Positions 18,263-28,355 of a stretch of 32,000 bases of DNA are shown one piece after another. The stretch comes from Candidatus Saccharimonadota bacterium (GTDB lineage: Bacteria > Pseudomonadota > Alphaproteobacteria > Rickettsiales > Anaplasmataceae). The notes beneath the pieces are model-generated. The model worked only from the letters and a program-made list of their open reading frames with translations, was not told where the DNA came from and ran no database searches. Position 1 is the first letter of the stretch, and every line of letters starts with the position of its first letter. Position numbers and translations under genes: made by a program. Where the stretch lies: positions 420,001 to 452,000 of the forward strand of contig NZ_CP092368.1 in the NCBI RefSeq assembly GCF_025021925.1, given 5' to 3'.

Positions 18263-20254
18263 ATGAGTGATTCTCTTTTAGAAGAAATGTCTAATGCAGT
18301 ACGTTGTTTATCAATTGATGCAATTCATAATGCTAATTCTGGTCATCCAGGCATGCCTCTAGGTATGGCAGACGTTATAACTGTATTATTTGCTAAATAT
18401 CTGAATCATAATCCTGATGATGTACAATGGTTCGATAGAGATCGTTTTATTCTCTCAAATGGACATGGAGTAATGTTACTATATTCAATATTATATCTAA
18501 CAGGATATATTAGCATAGATAACTTAAAAAACTTCAGGCAACTTGGTTCGAATACCCCAGGTCATCCAGAATTTGGTGTTACTCAAGGCGTGGATGCAAC
18601 GACAGGTCCATTAGGACAAGGTCTTGCATATGCTGTAGGAATGGCACTCGCTGAATCAATTATGAAAGAAGAATTTGGTGAACAGTTAATTAATCATTTT
18701 ACTTATGTAATAGTAGGTGATGGATGTCTTATGGAAGGAATTAGTCATGAAGCAGCATCTTTAGCTGGTCATCTTAAATTAAATAAATTAATCGTCTTAT
18801 TTGATGATAATAATGTATCAATCGATGGACCTATTCAACTATCCTGCTCTGATAATATAGAACAACGTTTTGAATCATATGGTTGGGCAATTAATAAAAT
18901 CGATGGACATAATTTTAACGATATCTCTCTTGCAATAGAACAAGCACAACACTCTGAACTTCCATCTCTAATATGCTGTCAAACTATTATTGGGAAATTT
19001 TCAAGTCATGCTGGTTTAGCATCTGCACATAGTAGAATGTTTACACAGAAAGAAATACAACAAATTAGAAAAAGATTAAATTGGCATAAACCATTTTATG
19101 TGCAAAAACATGTACAAGTTGAATGGAATAAAACGATCAATCGTATAAAGAAAAAATATAATTCATATACTAACATTAGTATCTATTCGCATGAAATCAA
19201 AAAGAAAATGTTAGAATTACAAAGAAGGATTGATAAACAATTACCATATAACATAGAAAATATTTTTAATACATTCAAACAGCACAATAAAAAATATATT
19301 ACTGAATCTACTAGATCTGCGTTTGGTAGAATAATGAATGATCTCACTCAAAATATGCCTGAATTAATAGGAGGATCCGCTGATCTCACTGATTCAAATC
19401 ATACTAAATATTATCATATGCATACCATAAATCGTAATAATTATCGTGGTAATTATATCCATTATGGCGTGAGAGAACACGCTATGGCGTCATGTATGAA
19501 TGGTATGGCTTTACATGGCGGCATATTACCTTATGGTGGTACATTTTTAGTTTTTTCTGATTATTGTCGTCCCGCGATCAGGCTTTCAGCTCTCATGAAG
19601 CAACAGGTCATCTATGTGATGACTCATGATTCAATTGGAGTAGGAGAAGATGGACCTACTCATCAACCGATAGAACATTTATCTGCATTACGATCAATAA
19701 TCAATTTATATGTATTTAGGCCATCAGATACTCTCGAAACATTAGCATGTCTATATATTGCTTTAAATAAGAAAGATGCACCATCGTTGTTTGCTCTTTC
19801 AAGACAACAAGTACATTCAATATATAAATGCAATAGTAATATAGAAAAACATGATGCTTATGAACTTGTTAAATTTGGTGCTTATATTTTATATGAGTCC
19901 TTAGGTACACTAGAAGTTACGATATTTGCTACAGGATCTGAAGTGGAAATTGCTATAGATGCAAGGAGCAAATTGCATATAAAAGGTATTGGAACAAGAG
20001 TAGTATCTATGCCATGCTGTAGAATATTTGACGAACAAGATGATCAATACAGAGAGTTAATATTAAATAATCATAGTATTAAAGTTGCAATTGAAGCAGG
20101 AAGCGAGATGGGTTGGCATAAATATATAGATATCAATGGTATCTTTATTGGTATGTCTCAGTTTGGAGCATCAGCACCATATAAAGAACTATATGAGCAT
20201 TTTAATATTAATGCTGATTATGTAGTACAGCGTGTCTCTGAGAAGTTAATTTAA
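18263..20254 (+). CDS. tkt: Transketolase
   Basis: The SGHPGMPLGMAD, GDGCLMEGISHEA and THDSIGVGEDGPTHQPIEHL motifs are present. The ORF is 663 aa. Confidence 0.95.
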   Translation: MSDSLLEEMSNAVRCLSIDAIHNANSGHPGMPLGMADVITVLFAKYLNHNPDDVQWFDRDRFILSNGHGVMLLYSILYLTGYISIDNLKNFRQLGSNTPGHPEFGVTQGVDATTGPLGQGLAYAVGMALAESIMKEEFGEQLINHFTYVIVGDGCLMEGISHEAASLAGHLKLNKLIVLFDDNNVSIDGPIQLSCSDNIEQRFESYGWAINKIDGHNFNDISLAIEQAQHSELPSLICCQTIIGKFSSHAGLASAHSRMFTQKEIQQIRKRLNWHKPFYVQKHVQVEWNKTINRIKKKYNSYTNISIYSHEIKKKMLELQRRIDKQLPYNIENIFNTFKQHNKKYITESTRSAFGRIMNDLTQNMPELIGGSADLTDSNHTKYYHMHTINRNNYRGNYIHYGVREHAMASCMNGMALHGGILPYGGTFLVFSDYCRPAIRLSALMKQQVIYVMTHDSIGVGEDGPTHQPIEHLSALRSIINLYVFRPSDTLETLACLYIALNKKDAPSLFALSRQQVHSIYKCNSNIEKHDAYELVKFGAYILYESLGTLEVTIFATGSEVEIAIDARSKLHIKGIGTRVVSMPCCRIFDEQDDQYRELILNNHSIKVAIEAGSEMGWHKYIDINGIFIGMSQFGASAPYKELYEHFNINADYVVQRVSEKLI

Positions 20255-20442
20255 ATCTTCTCATCTAGCACATTTAAAATAAATTATCATTTTCTCTATT
20301 TTTTTTCATTATATATCATCATATTTATTCATTCCTTAGATTAGGATGTATTCAATATACAGCAATATCAACAATATGTAGATTTACTATTATTATCAAC
20401 ATCAGTATATACAATACATATTAAACATTTTTATTGTATATT

Positions 20443-21165
20443 TCATTCTGGTAGAATCATATTTCTTATCTCTGGAAATTTTATATTGAGAGGTATAAAT
20501 AAATATTTATTTAAAAAATATCCTGTTACTTTTAGTCCTAACCAAAATTCGTAATATGAGTAATAACATTTAATATTATTATTATATATATCATATAAAA
20601 TTTTTGGAAAAGGAAGTAATTTATCAGAATAGAATTCTCCTGCTTTTTGTGATATCGCTCTTCCAGTTTTTGGAGAAATAAATGATAAATTTTCTGTTAT
20701 TCCTGTTACAGCACATCTAGAGAGATCTAACTGAAATCCCAATTCTTTTAGAAGAATCAATTCTAAATTAAGATAATGACTATGCCAATTCTTATCATTT
20801 TGCTTAATGATCTCAATAAAAAATAAGAAAGATTCATAAATAGATAAATAAGGTTCATTTTCAGGTAATACTTTTGTTAAAATATAACAGTAAGAAATCA
20901 TCGTGATACTTTTTAATCTATCTTGTAATACATGATGAAAAGAAGATTCAATTAATTTACAATTAAAAAATCCTAAGTTGCTATACAGTTTACTACTCCA
21001 TTCTATATTTAAGAGATTACTAATTTGAAATGTAGATCGCATCATATTTTTGATATGAGTGAATCCTGTATATTTTCCATGATATTGTGTTAATATAGAT
21101 ACAATTAAATCTTTATCTCCATATTTTTGAGTGGCGATAATGATCCCTTCATCTTTCCATCGCAT
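20443..21165 (-). CDS. recO: DNA repair protein RecO
   Basis: The N-terminal OB-fold region MRWKDEGIIIATQKYGDKDLIVSILTQYHGKYTGF matches the RecO pattern. The ORF is 240 aa. Confidence 0.82.
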   Translation of the reverse strand: MRWKDEGIIIATQKYGDKDLIVSILTQYHGKYTGFTHIKNMMRSTFQISNLLNIEWSSKLYSNLGFFNCKLIESSFHHVLQDRLKSITMISYCYILTKVLPENEPYLSIYESFLFFIEIIKQNDKNWHSHYLNLELILLKELGFQLDLSRCAVTGITENLSFISPKTGRAISQKAGEFYSDKLLPFPKILYDIYNNNIKCYYSYYEFWLGLKVTGYFLNKYLFIPLNIKFPEIRNMILPE

Positions 21166-21284
21166 TTATAATATATTATGCATGATATTAATTAAGATTC
21201 ATAATACTACAATAATACATATATTCCTATATCATCTTAATGAATAAGTTAATTTACTGGAATATGAAAATTTTGTTTTACAGT

Positions 21285-21416
21285 AATCACTCTCATCTAT
21301 AGAGATAAAGTGATAGCTTCACAATATCTACATTACTTAGATAATCACTAATTTATATATAGATAGATATGTAATATATAATATCCTATAGAGGAATTAG
21401 ATAAGGAAGAAGTGAT
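21285..21416. repeat. Cluster of four ATCACT/AGTGAT boxes in the hemJ-recO spacer
   Basis: The boxes are ATCACT at 21286-21291, AGTGAT at 21309-21314, ATCACT at 21344-21349 and AGTGAT at 21411-21416. The spacer shares AATCACTCT and ATAAAGTGAT exactly with the spacer at 28356-28401. Confidence 0.6.
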
Positions 21417-21438
21417 ATAAATAAAACAATTATTTCTG

Positions 21439-21867
21439 CTAAAAAGGTTTTACAACAGCCATGATCACTATAATCAGTATTAATACTGTGACACACTCAT
21501 TTAAAATACGAAAATATATCTGTTTTTTCCTATTTAATGCTTTGATAAAGTGTTTTCTATATTTTGCAAGCATCATATGAATGATCAACATCACAATGAT
21601 AGCAGTGCATTTTATATGAAACCACAATTCAAAATAGGGCTCTTTTATGAAAATTAACATAACTCCAAACATAAGTGAAAAGATCATAGCTGGATTCATA
21701 ATATATTTGAGCAATCTTCTTTCCATTATTTGGAGTAAAGCATCATTTTCAGAACCTGAAGAAATATTTGCATGATAGACATATAATCTTGGTAAATATA
21801 ACATACCAGCCATCCACATCATTACGGAAATAATATGTAAAGCTTCTAGCCAACGATAGTAATACAT
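21439..21867 (-). CDS. hemJ: Protoporphyrinogen IX oxidase HemJ
   Basis: WLEALHIISVMMWMAGMLYLPRLYVYH is the HemJ (UPF0093) signature. The protein is a 142-aa four-helix membrane protein. Confidence 0.82.
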   Translation of the reverse strand: MYYYRWLEALHIISVMMWMAGMLYLPRLYVYHANISSGSENDALLQIMERRLLKYIMNPAMIFSLMFGVMLIFIKEPYFELWFHIKCTAIIVMLIIHMMLAKYRKHFIKALNRKKQIYFRILNECVTVLILIIVIMAVVKPF

Positions 21868-21932
21868 GAGTATTTAATTATTCAATATTATCAATATATG
21901 ATATTATGCCATTTTAATAATAAGTAAGCAAT

Positions 21933-22916
21933 ATGGAATGCAAATCTTTTACTAAAGAACAAATTATATCTTTTTATAGGAAGATGCTTCTTATACGAAG
22001 ATTTGAAGAAAAAGCAGGACAATTATATTCTATGGGATTAATAGGTGGTTTTTGTCATCTGTCAATAGGGCAAGAAGCAGTAGCAGTGGGTACACAGGCT
22101 GCATCAAAATTAGGAGATGCTTTCATTACAAGCTATAGAGATCATGGATTGATTCTTGCATGTAATGCTGATCAGAATGCTCTTATGTCAGAACTGATAG
22201 GAAAAGCAAATGGATGTTCAAAAGGTAAAGGCGGATCTATGCATGTCTTTGACATTGAAAAAAATTTTTTTGGAGGACATGGTATTGTAGGAGCACAAGT
22301 ACCAATTGGAACAGGCATAGCTTTTGCTAATAGATATCAAAAAAAAAATAATGTAGTGTTTACATTCTTTGGTGATGGCGCTACAAATCAAGGACAAGTA
22401 TATGAAGCTTTTAACATGGCATCTTTATGGAATCTACCTGTGGTATATATTATTGAAAATAATGAATATGCAATGGGTACTTCAACACATAAATCAACTT
22501 TATTGACAGATTTATATAAAAGAGGAGAATGCTTTGGTATTCCTGGTAAACAAGTATATGGTATGGATTTTTTTTCTGTATATTCTGCAACAAATCAAGC
22601 AGCTGAACATGTACGTACAGGTAAGGGGCCTATGTTACTTGAAATGAAAACATATAGATATCGAGGCCATTCAATGTCCGATCCTGCCACTTATCGCTCA
22701 CAAGAGGAAGTACAAGATATGAAAAAAAATCATGATCCTATCAGTTCTTTAAAAAGCTATATCTTAGATCAAAATATTGCTTCAGAACAAATATGTAAAG
22801 CAATTGATCAAGAAGTACGGAATTCAGTAACACATGCGGAAGAATTTGCAAAAAGAAGTCCAGCGCCAAATGAAGATGAATTATATACAGACCTTTACAA
22901 GTCATGCATTCAATAG
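21933..22916 (+). CDS. pdhA: Pyruvate dehydrogenase E1 component, alpha subunit
   Basis: GFCHLSIGQEAVAVG and GKGGSMH are present. The TPP motif GDGATNQGQVYEAFNMASLWNLPVVYIIENNEYAMGTS and the YRYRGHSMSDP block are also present. Confidence 0.93.
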   Translation: MECKSFTKEQIISFYRKMLLIRRFEEKAGQLYSMGLIGGFCHLSIGQEAVAVGTQAASKLGDAFITSYRDHGLILACNADQNALMSELIGKANGCSKGKGGSMHVFDIEKNFFGGHGIVGAQVPIGTGIAFANRYQKKNNVVFTFFGDGATNQGQVYEAFNMASLWNLPVVYIIENNEYAMGTSTHKSTLLTDLYKRGECFGIPGKQVYGMDFFSVYSATNQAAEHVRTGKGPMLLEMKTYRYRGHSMSDPATYRSQEEVQDMKKNHDPISSLKSYILDQNIASEQICKAIDQEVRNSVTHAEEFAKRSPAPNEDELYTDLYKSCIQ

Positions 22917-23822
22917 TTCAAGAGATTGTCTCATATGAATAGGAAGAGGCGCGGTAATATTTATTGTTTTGTTATTTGGTAATGTGACAGATATAGAAGA
23001 TGCATGAAGATGCATTTTATTAATCATACCTTGCACAAAAGCTTTTTTTCCTCCATATTTACCATCACCAAGAATAGGACAATTTATATAAGCTAAATGT
23101 GCTCTTAATTGATGTGTTCTTCCAGTAATTGGATTTAATTGTAAATGAGCAATATTATATTGCAATCTTTTGAGAATGCAAAATCTTGTTATTGCATTCT
23201 GATTTGATTGCGGATCAACAACCATTTTTTCTTTTCCATAAATATTTCTTTTTGTAATTGGTAGATCTATTAATCCTTGATTCCTACTTGGAATACCTAC
23301 AGTGAGTGCTAAATATGTTTTATGTATTCTACGTGCTTTAAATTCTTCCATAAGATGTCTTGCAACTTGTGTATTAGATGCAAATATTATGACTCCGCTA
23401 GTATCTTTATCTAATCTATGCACAATTTTAAAAGTTTTAGTCTCCCGTATTTGATGCAGTAAGTCGCTTATATTCATTTTTACTTTAATACCACCTTGTA
23501 CGATTAATCCTATTGGCTTATTAATAGCTAATATGTAATCATCTTCATATAAGATATTTGATCTTATTAGTTCTAGTAATTGTGTATTATATTTTATGTT
23601 AGAATTTATTTGCTCAATATAGACTAGATTTTTAATAGTGAGAATTTGTCTAGAGTGTATTCTATAATTGGATTTTATCTTGTGATCATCAATTTTAATC
23701 AAGCCTTCTCTTAAAGATCTTTCAATAGAAGATTGCTTAAGATGAGGAAAGAGTGTTCTCATATATCTATCTAACCTTACTCCATCTTCTTCAATTAGTA
23801 TTGTTGTGATCTTAGGAGACAT
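22902..23822 (-). CDS. RluA-family 23S rRNA pseudouridine synthase (RluC/RluD-like)
   Basis: There is an N-terminal S4 domain. The catalytic motif HRLDKDTSGVIIFA is present, along with KTYLALTVG and GRTHQLRAHLA. Confidence 0.85.
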   Translation of the reverse strand: MSPKITTILIEEDGVRLDRYMRTLFPHLKQSSIERSLREGLIKIDDHKIKSNYRIHSRQILTIKNLVYIEQINSNIKYNTQLLELIRSNILYEDDYILAINKPIGLIVQGGIKVKMNISDLLHQIRETKTFKIVHRLDKDTSGVIIFASNTQVARHLMEEFKARRIHKTYLALTVGIPSRNQGLIDLPITKRNIYGKEKMVVDPQSNQNAITRFCILKRLQYNIAHLQLNPITGRTHQLRAHLAYINCPILGDGKYGGKKAFVQGMINKMHLHASSISVTLPNNKTINITAPLPIHMRQSLELLNA

Positions 23823-23928
23823 TGTATATATATTATAGTATATTTTATATTCTTACTCAGAAGCTAGTATTGTAGTCATGTATATAACTCACAAGTACTT
23901 CTCAATGCACGGTTTTTTTTGTAAACTA

Positions 23929-25635
23929 TTATTTCATTTCTTCTAAAGGAGTAATATTCATGATATCAAGTCCATCAGCAAGGATATATAAAAATGCTTG
24001 TACAAGAAATATTCTTGCAGCAGTGAGTAATAAGTTATCATATAATATCATACGCATGTGTATATTGTTTTGACCGCAGCCCCATAAAGAGTGAAAAATT
24101 TCTGCAATCTCAATAAGATAAAAGGTAACTTTATGTGGCTCACACTGTATTGCTGAATTTTCTAATATTAAAGGCCATTTTGCTAAGCTCTGTATAAGAA
24201 GTAATTCTAACTCATTGATTAATAATGAAAGATCAGGAGAAGGAAGATTTTTGGGACTCTTATTAATTAATGAGAATGCACGTGCATACGCATATTGCAC
24301 ATAAAAAATAGGGTTATCTTTCGATTGCTCTTTTACTTTATCAAAATCAAAATCTAATACCATATCATGGCTTCTTGTGAGCATGATAAAACGTGTTGCA
24401 TCTTTACCAACCTCTTCTACGACATCTTGTACTGTAAGAAAGTGACCAGATCGCTTAGACATCTTAATCGGTTTACCATGCTCAAAGAATTGAACAACAT
24501 TATGAATTTTGATATCTATTTTTACTGTATTATTACTTAGTGCAGAGACAACTCCTTGTAATCTTTTAGCATATCCAGTATGATCGCTACCAAGAGCTAC
24601 TACTATTTTCTTAAATCCACGTGATATCTTATCAAAATGATAAGCAATATCAGAAGCAAAATAAGTCCAATGACCATCTTGTTTTTTGAGCGCTCGATCA
24701 ATATCATCACCAAATTTGCTTGCGCGAAACATCAGTTCTCGCCTTGGTATCCAAGTATTAGTTAATTTACCTTTTGGTTGTTTTAAATTGCCTTTATATA
24801 TTAGCCCTTTGTCAGATAATATTCTAAGACTCTCTTCAATTTTACCGCTTTTTTGTATCTCATCTTCTGAAGTAAAGACATCATGGCTGATACCAAGTAA
24901 GTGCATTTCTTCTTTAATTGATTCTAAGATCTTATTTAAAGTATATGTTCGAAAAATTTGATGATGTGGAGTATTGATCAGTGTATTACCATATTTTCTA
25001 GCTAGTGATTCTCCTATTGATTTTAAATATTCACCAGTATATACACTATTATCGAGAATAATTTTCTCCCCTAATGCTTCTTGATATCTTAAATATACTG
25101 TCTGTAACAATAAATTTATTTGTGCACCTGCATCATTAATAAAATATTCTTTGATAACTTTGTAACCAACTTTTTTCATTAAATTTGCTAATACATCTCC
25201 AAAGACCGCACCTCTTGCATGACCAATATGAAGGGGTCCTGTAGGATTTGCAGACAAGAATTCAAGATTTACAGTCTCATTTTTACCTATATTAAGAGAT
25301 CCAAATTCTTTTTTTAGCGTATTAATTGAATTTAGAAGATCATACCACACTGTTCTTTTTAATTGAATATTAATAAAACCAGGATAAGCGATGTCTACTT
25401 TTGATATTTTCTGACAACATTGAATTTTGTTTACTAATATCTTAGCAATCTCAACTGCACTTTTTTTTTCATGCTTTGCTAATATGAAAGCAACATTTGT
25501 ATATATTTCTCCATATAATCTATTGTTTGGAGGTGCAACAATAAAATCTGTAATAATATTATTTAGTAGCTTTTGTTCTTTTAGTTCTATTAATATATTC
25601 AAAATTAAAATATATATTTGTTTAAAAATATTCAT
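23929..25635 (-). CDS. argS: Arginine--tRNA ligase
   Basis: The HIGH-region motif SANPTGPLHIGHARG is present. The listed ORF starts at a TTG (25641). The ATG two codons downstream gives MNIFKQ, a typical ArgRS N-terminus, so I use 25635. Confidence 0.94.
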   Translation of the reverse strand: MNIFKQIYILILNILIELKEQKLLNNIITDFIVAPPNNRLYGEIYTNVAFILAKHEKKSAVEIAKILVNKIQCCQKISKVDIAYPGFINIQLKRTVWYDLLNSINTLKKEFGSLNIGKNETVNLEFLSANPTGPLHIGHARGAVFGDVLANLMKKVGYKVIKEYFINDAGAQINLLLQTVYLRYQEALGEKIILDNSVYTGEYLKSIGESLARKYGNTLINTPHHQIFRTYTLNKILESIKEEMHLLGISHDVFTSEDEIQKSGKIEESLRILSDKGLIYKGNLKQPKGKLTNTWIPRRELMFRASKFGDDIDRALKKQDGHWTYFASDIAYHFDKISRGFKKIVVALGSDHTGYAKRLQGVVSALSNNTVKIDIKIHNVVQFFEHGKPIKMSKRSGHFLTVQDVVEEVGKDATRFIMLTRSHDMVLDFDFDKVKEQSKDNPIFYVQYAYARAFSLINKSPKNLPSPDLSLLINELELLLIQSLAKWPLILENSAIQCEPHKVTFYLIEIAEIFHSLWGCGQNNIHMRMILYDNLLLTAARIFLVQAFLYILADGLDIMNITPLEEMK

Positions 25636-25749
25636 ATTCAAAAGATCACAAAACTACAGTATACAATATATTATAATAAAGAATATGATTTATATATCAG
25701 ATGTTTTAACATGGCTCTGTGAGTTTTTATTACTTAAAATGTTTCAAAA

Positions 25750-27456
25750 TCATTTATTTATCTGAGATAATTTTGCATATAGACCATCGTGACGTATTAG
25801 AGCATCATGCGTTCCTATTTCCTCTACTTTTTTATTATTCATGACTATGATATTATCAGTTTTAATAGCAGTAGAAAGTCTGTGTGTAATCATGATAGTG
25901 GTTCTGTTTTTCATAAGATGTCCTAATGCTTTTTGTACGAGACGTTCACTCTCATAATCAAGAGCTGATGTAGCTTCATCAAGTATCAAAATCTGAGGAT
26001 TTTTTAAAATAGCACGTGCTATTATAATACGTTGTTTTTGTCCTTCAGATAATTTGAGACCTCTTTTACCAACATATGTATTGAATTGATCAGGTAATTT
26101 ATCAATAAATTCCATTGCATATGCGCTGATGGCTGCTCGATGTACTTCTTCATATTGAGCATTTGGTTTGCCAAATAATATATTTTCCATAATTGTACAA
26201 GAAAAGATCATGTGATCTTGTGGTACTAAACCAAATAATGCTCTTAGATTATTCAGTGCTATTGAGTTAATATTATGTTCATCAATAGTAATGCTACCAT
26301 TATCTGGATCATGAAATCTGAGAAGAAGTTTTAAAATTGTACTCTTACCGCTACCAGAAGGTCCAACAATTGAAACTGATTGACCTGCCTCTATAAAGAA
26401 AGATACATTGTCTAATGCTAATTTATTACCAGAATAAGAAAATGTTACATTATTAAATGCAATGCCTGTTTTTACATGATTTATTTTTATAGGATACTCT
26501 TGATTGACAATAGAGCTCCTCATATTTTTTAGTTCAAATAAACGATCTAATATCGCACGACCTTTCTGTAAATCACTAATATTATCGCTAAGATTATTGA
26601 CAGCTCCTGCTGCAAGAGCTGAATAAAATACAAATGAAGATAAAGATCCAACACTGATATTATGATTTAATACTTCTTTAATGCCAAAAAAGAGTAAAAT
26701 TACTAATGAACCTATCACACAAGCAATAATCAATGTAATAAAAATAGCACGTAAGAATACTAATTTTATATATGCTTGTGATACTGAATTGAGATATCCC
26801 TGAAACTTTATTTTTTCATTTTCTTCTAAGACAAAAGATTTTATAGTGACTATGGATCGAAAATTTTCTTCACTGAGTGATGCAAGTTCACTCAATTTAT
26901 CCTGTACAGCACGTGCATAGTTACGAACTCTTTTACCCAATACAGTAATAATGATTAAAATCATTGGCACGACTGCAGCTGTATATGTAGTAAGATGTAT
27001 ATTAATATATAATAACATTATTATACTACCAATTAATGTAATGATATTGCGTAATATCGTAAGCACACTACTACTTATGATTGATTGTAATATAGAGGTA
27101 TCAGTGATTAGCACGGAAATCACATCTTGTACACCTGTATCTTCGAAGAAGCTTGGTTGTAAATCAGTAATACTACTATATAGATCATATCTCACTCTTG
27201 CGATAAATTTTTCACTGCCCACTCCAATACAATATATTCTAATAAATGAAGTCATAGAAATCCCTAATACTATAAATATTGCAAACAACAATTGAATAGT
27301 AAAATTATGCTCTGAGCTAGAATCAATTATACTACTGAGTCCTTGACCAAATAGTAGAATTGTTAAAGCTGAGCATAACACTGAAATAAAAGCTATTATA
27401 AAATACCATAGATCAGGTTTGAGATAATGAACAAGTTGTTTAATATTGCTTTGCAT
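25750..27456 (-). CDS. ABC exporter, fused permease/ATPase half-transporter (MsbA/Atm1-like)
   Basis: The N-terminal domain has six hydrophobic helices. Walker A is GPSGSGKST, the signature motif is LSEGQKQR and Walker B is ILILDEATSALD. Confidence 0.9.
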   Translation of the reverse strand: MQSNIKQLVHYLKPDLWYFIIAFISVLCSALTILLFGQGLSSIIDSSSEHNFTIQLLFAIFIVLGISMTSFIRIYCIGVGSEKFIARVRYDLYSSITDLQPSFFEDTGVQDVISVLITDTSILQSIISSSVLTILRNIITLIGSIIMLLYINIHLTTYTAAVVPMILIIITVLGKRVRNYARAVQDKLSELASLSEENFRSIVTIKSFVLEENEKIKFQGYLNSVSQAYIKLVFLRAIFITLIIACVIGSLVILLFFGIKEVLNHNISVGSLSSFVFYSALAAGAVNNLSDNISDLQKGRAILDRLFELKNMRSSIVNQEYPIKINHVKTGIAFNNVTFSYSGNKLALDNVSFFIEAGQSVSIVGPSGSGKSTILKLLLRFHDPDNGSITIDEHNINSIALNNLRALFGLVPQDHMIFSCTIMENILFGKPNAQYEEVHRAAISAYAMEFIDKLPDQFNTYVGKRGLKLSEGQKQRIIIARAILKNPQILILDEATSALDYESERLVQKALGHLMKNRTTIMITHRLSTAIKTDNIIVMNNKKVEEIGTHDALIRHDGLYAKLSQINK

Positions 27457-27578
27457 AGAGATATTTTAGACTATATAACACTTATTATATAAACTTTTTC
27501 CTTATAGGAAAAGAAGAAAGGTATTACTCAATTTAGTTGAACACAAATAGATTTAGAATTAATATATGGGTAAAAATA

Positions 27579-28277
27579 TTACTTAATTGCAATATATAAT
27601 GCTACAAGTCCATAGCTGATATCATTATACTGTACATTTTTAAAGCCTATTTCTTCAATTTCTCTTGCAATATGAGATTGGCTTGGAAATTCTTTAATGC
27701 TTTTTACTAAATATTCATAGGCATATGTATAATTAGTAATGAATCGAGCAATTTGAGGAATAATTTTAAATGAATATATTTCGTAAAATTTGCTAAATAT
27801 CTTATTTTGATAATGCATAGGTGCAAATTCTAAACAGATAAATATGCTATCATATTTTAGTACCCTATAAATTTCGCTAAGTGCTTTCTTACGATCAGAC
27901 ATATTTCTAATACCAAAAGCTAATGTACAGTAATCAAATGTATAATTCATAAAGGGTAAATTTTCTGCATTAGCGCACACATAATCACAATTTAGATAAT
28001 TTAAATTGATAATTTTATTATATGCCTGATCTAGCATGTTTTGATTACTATCGCATAATGTCACTTGAGCAGTACTATCTTTTTTCATGATTTGTATTGC
28101 TATATCTCCAGTACCAGCTGCAAGATCTAAAATTTTAGCATTATGTATATATTCTATCAGATTGATCATCTTATATTTCCATACTCTATGCATTCCAAAA
28201 CTCATGATATCGTTCATAAGATCATAGTCATTTGCTACGGAATCAAATATTGATTGCACTAATTGTGTTTTATTCAT
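27579..28277 (-). CDS. ubiE: Demethylmenaquinone/ubiquinone C-methyltransferase
   Basis: The block [24 protein letters not shown] and the SAM-binding motif LDLAAGTGD are present. The ORF is 232 aa. Confidence 0.9.
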   Translation of the reverse strand: MNKTQLVQSIFDSVANDYDLMNDIMSFGMHRVWKYKMINLIEYIHNAKILDLAAGTGDIAIQIMKKDSTAQVTLCDSNQNMLDQAYNKIINLNYLNCDYVCANAENLPFMNYTFDYCTLAFGIRNMSDRKKALSEIYRVLKYDSIFICLEFAPMHYQNKIFSKFYEIYSFKIIPQIARFITNYTYAYEYLVKSIKEFPSQSHIAREIEEIGFKNVQYNDISYGLVALYIAIK

Positions 28278-28355
28278 TTTATCTATAAAATATGCATGTA
28301 TGATGCTTGTACTATTTTCTATTTATACATAGAGATTCATGACTATAAAGAAAAA

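Noticed and set aside
20409-20440. The AT-only inverted repeat TATACAAT...ATTGTATA just downstream of the recO stop, considered as a terminator.
   Set aside because: The stem is 8 bp of pure A/T with a 17-nt loop. It is thermodynamically negligible and expected by chance in this composition.
21285-21416. Interpreting the ATCACT box clusters as DnaA boxes, and therefore as a replication origin.
   Set aside because: The boxes match the TTATNCACA consensus at only about 5 of 9 positions in the best register. No dnaA, hemE or other origin-linked marker is nearby. The same boxes also occur in a second, distant spacer.
25427-25765. A 112-aa plus-strand ORF. The similar antisense ORFs at 24686-24961 and 26951-27295 are treated the same way.
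   Set aside because: They lie antisense to well-supported argS and ABC-exporter genes. Their translations are low-complexity and Ile/Phe/Ser-rich with no motifs. Long antisense frames like these are typical of AT-rich coding DNA.
27496-27512. The hairpin TTTTCC-ttata-GGAAAA between ubiE and the ABC exporter, considered as a possible terminator.
   Set aside because: The stem is only 6 bp, there is no following U-tract on the transcribed (minus) strand, and the two genes are co-oriented. The evidence is insufficient.
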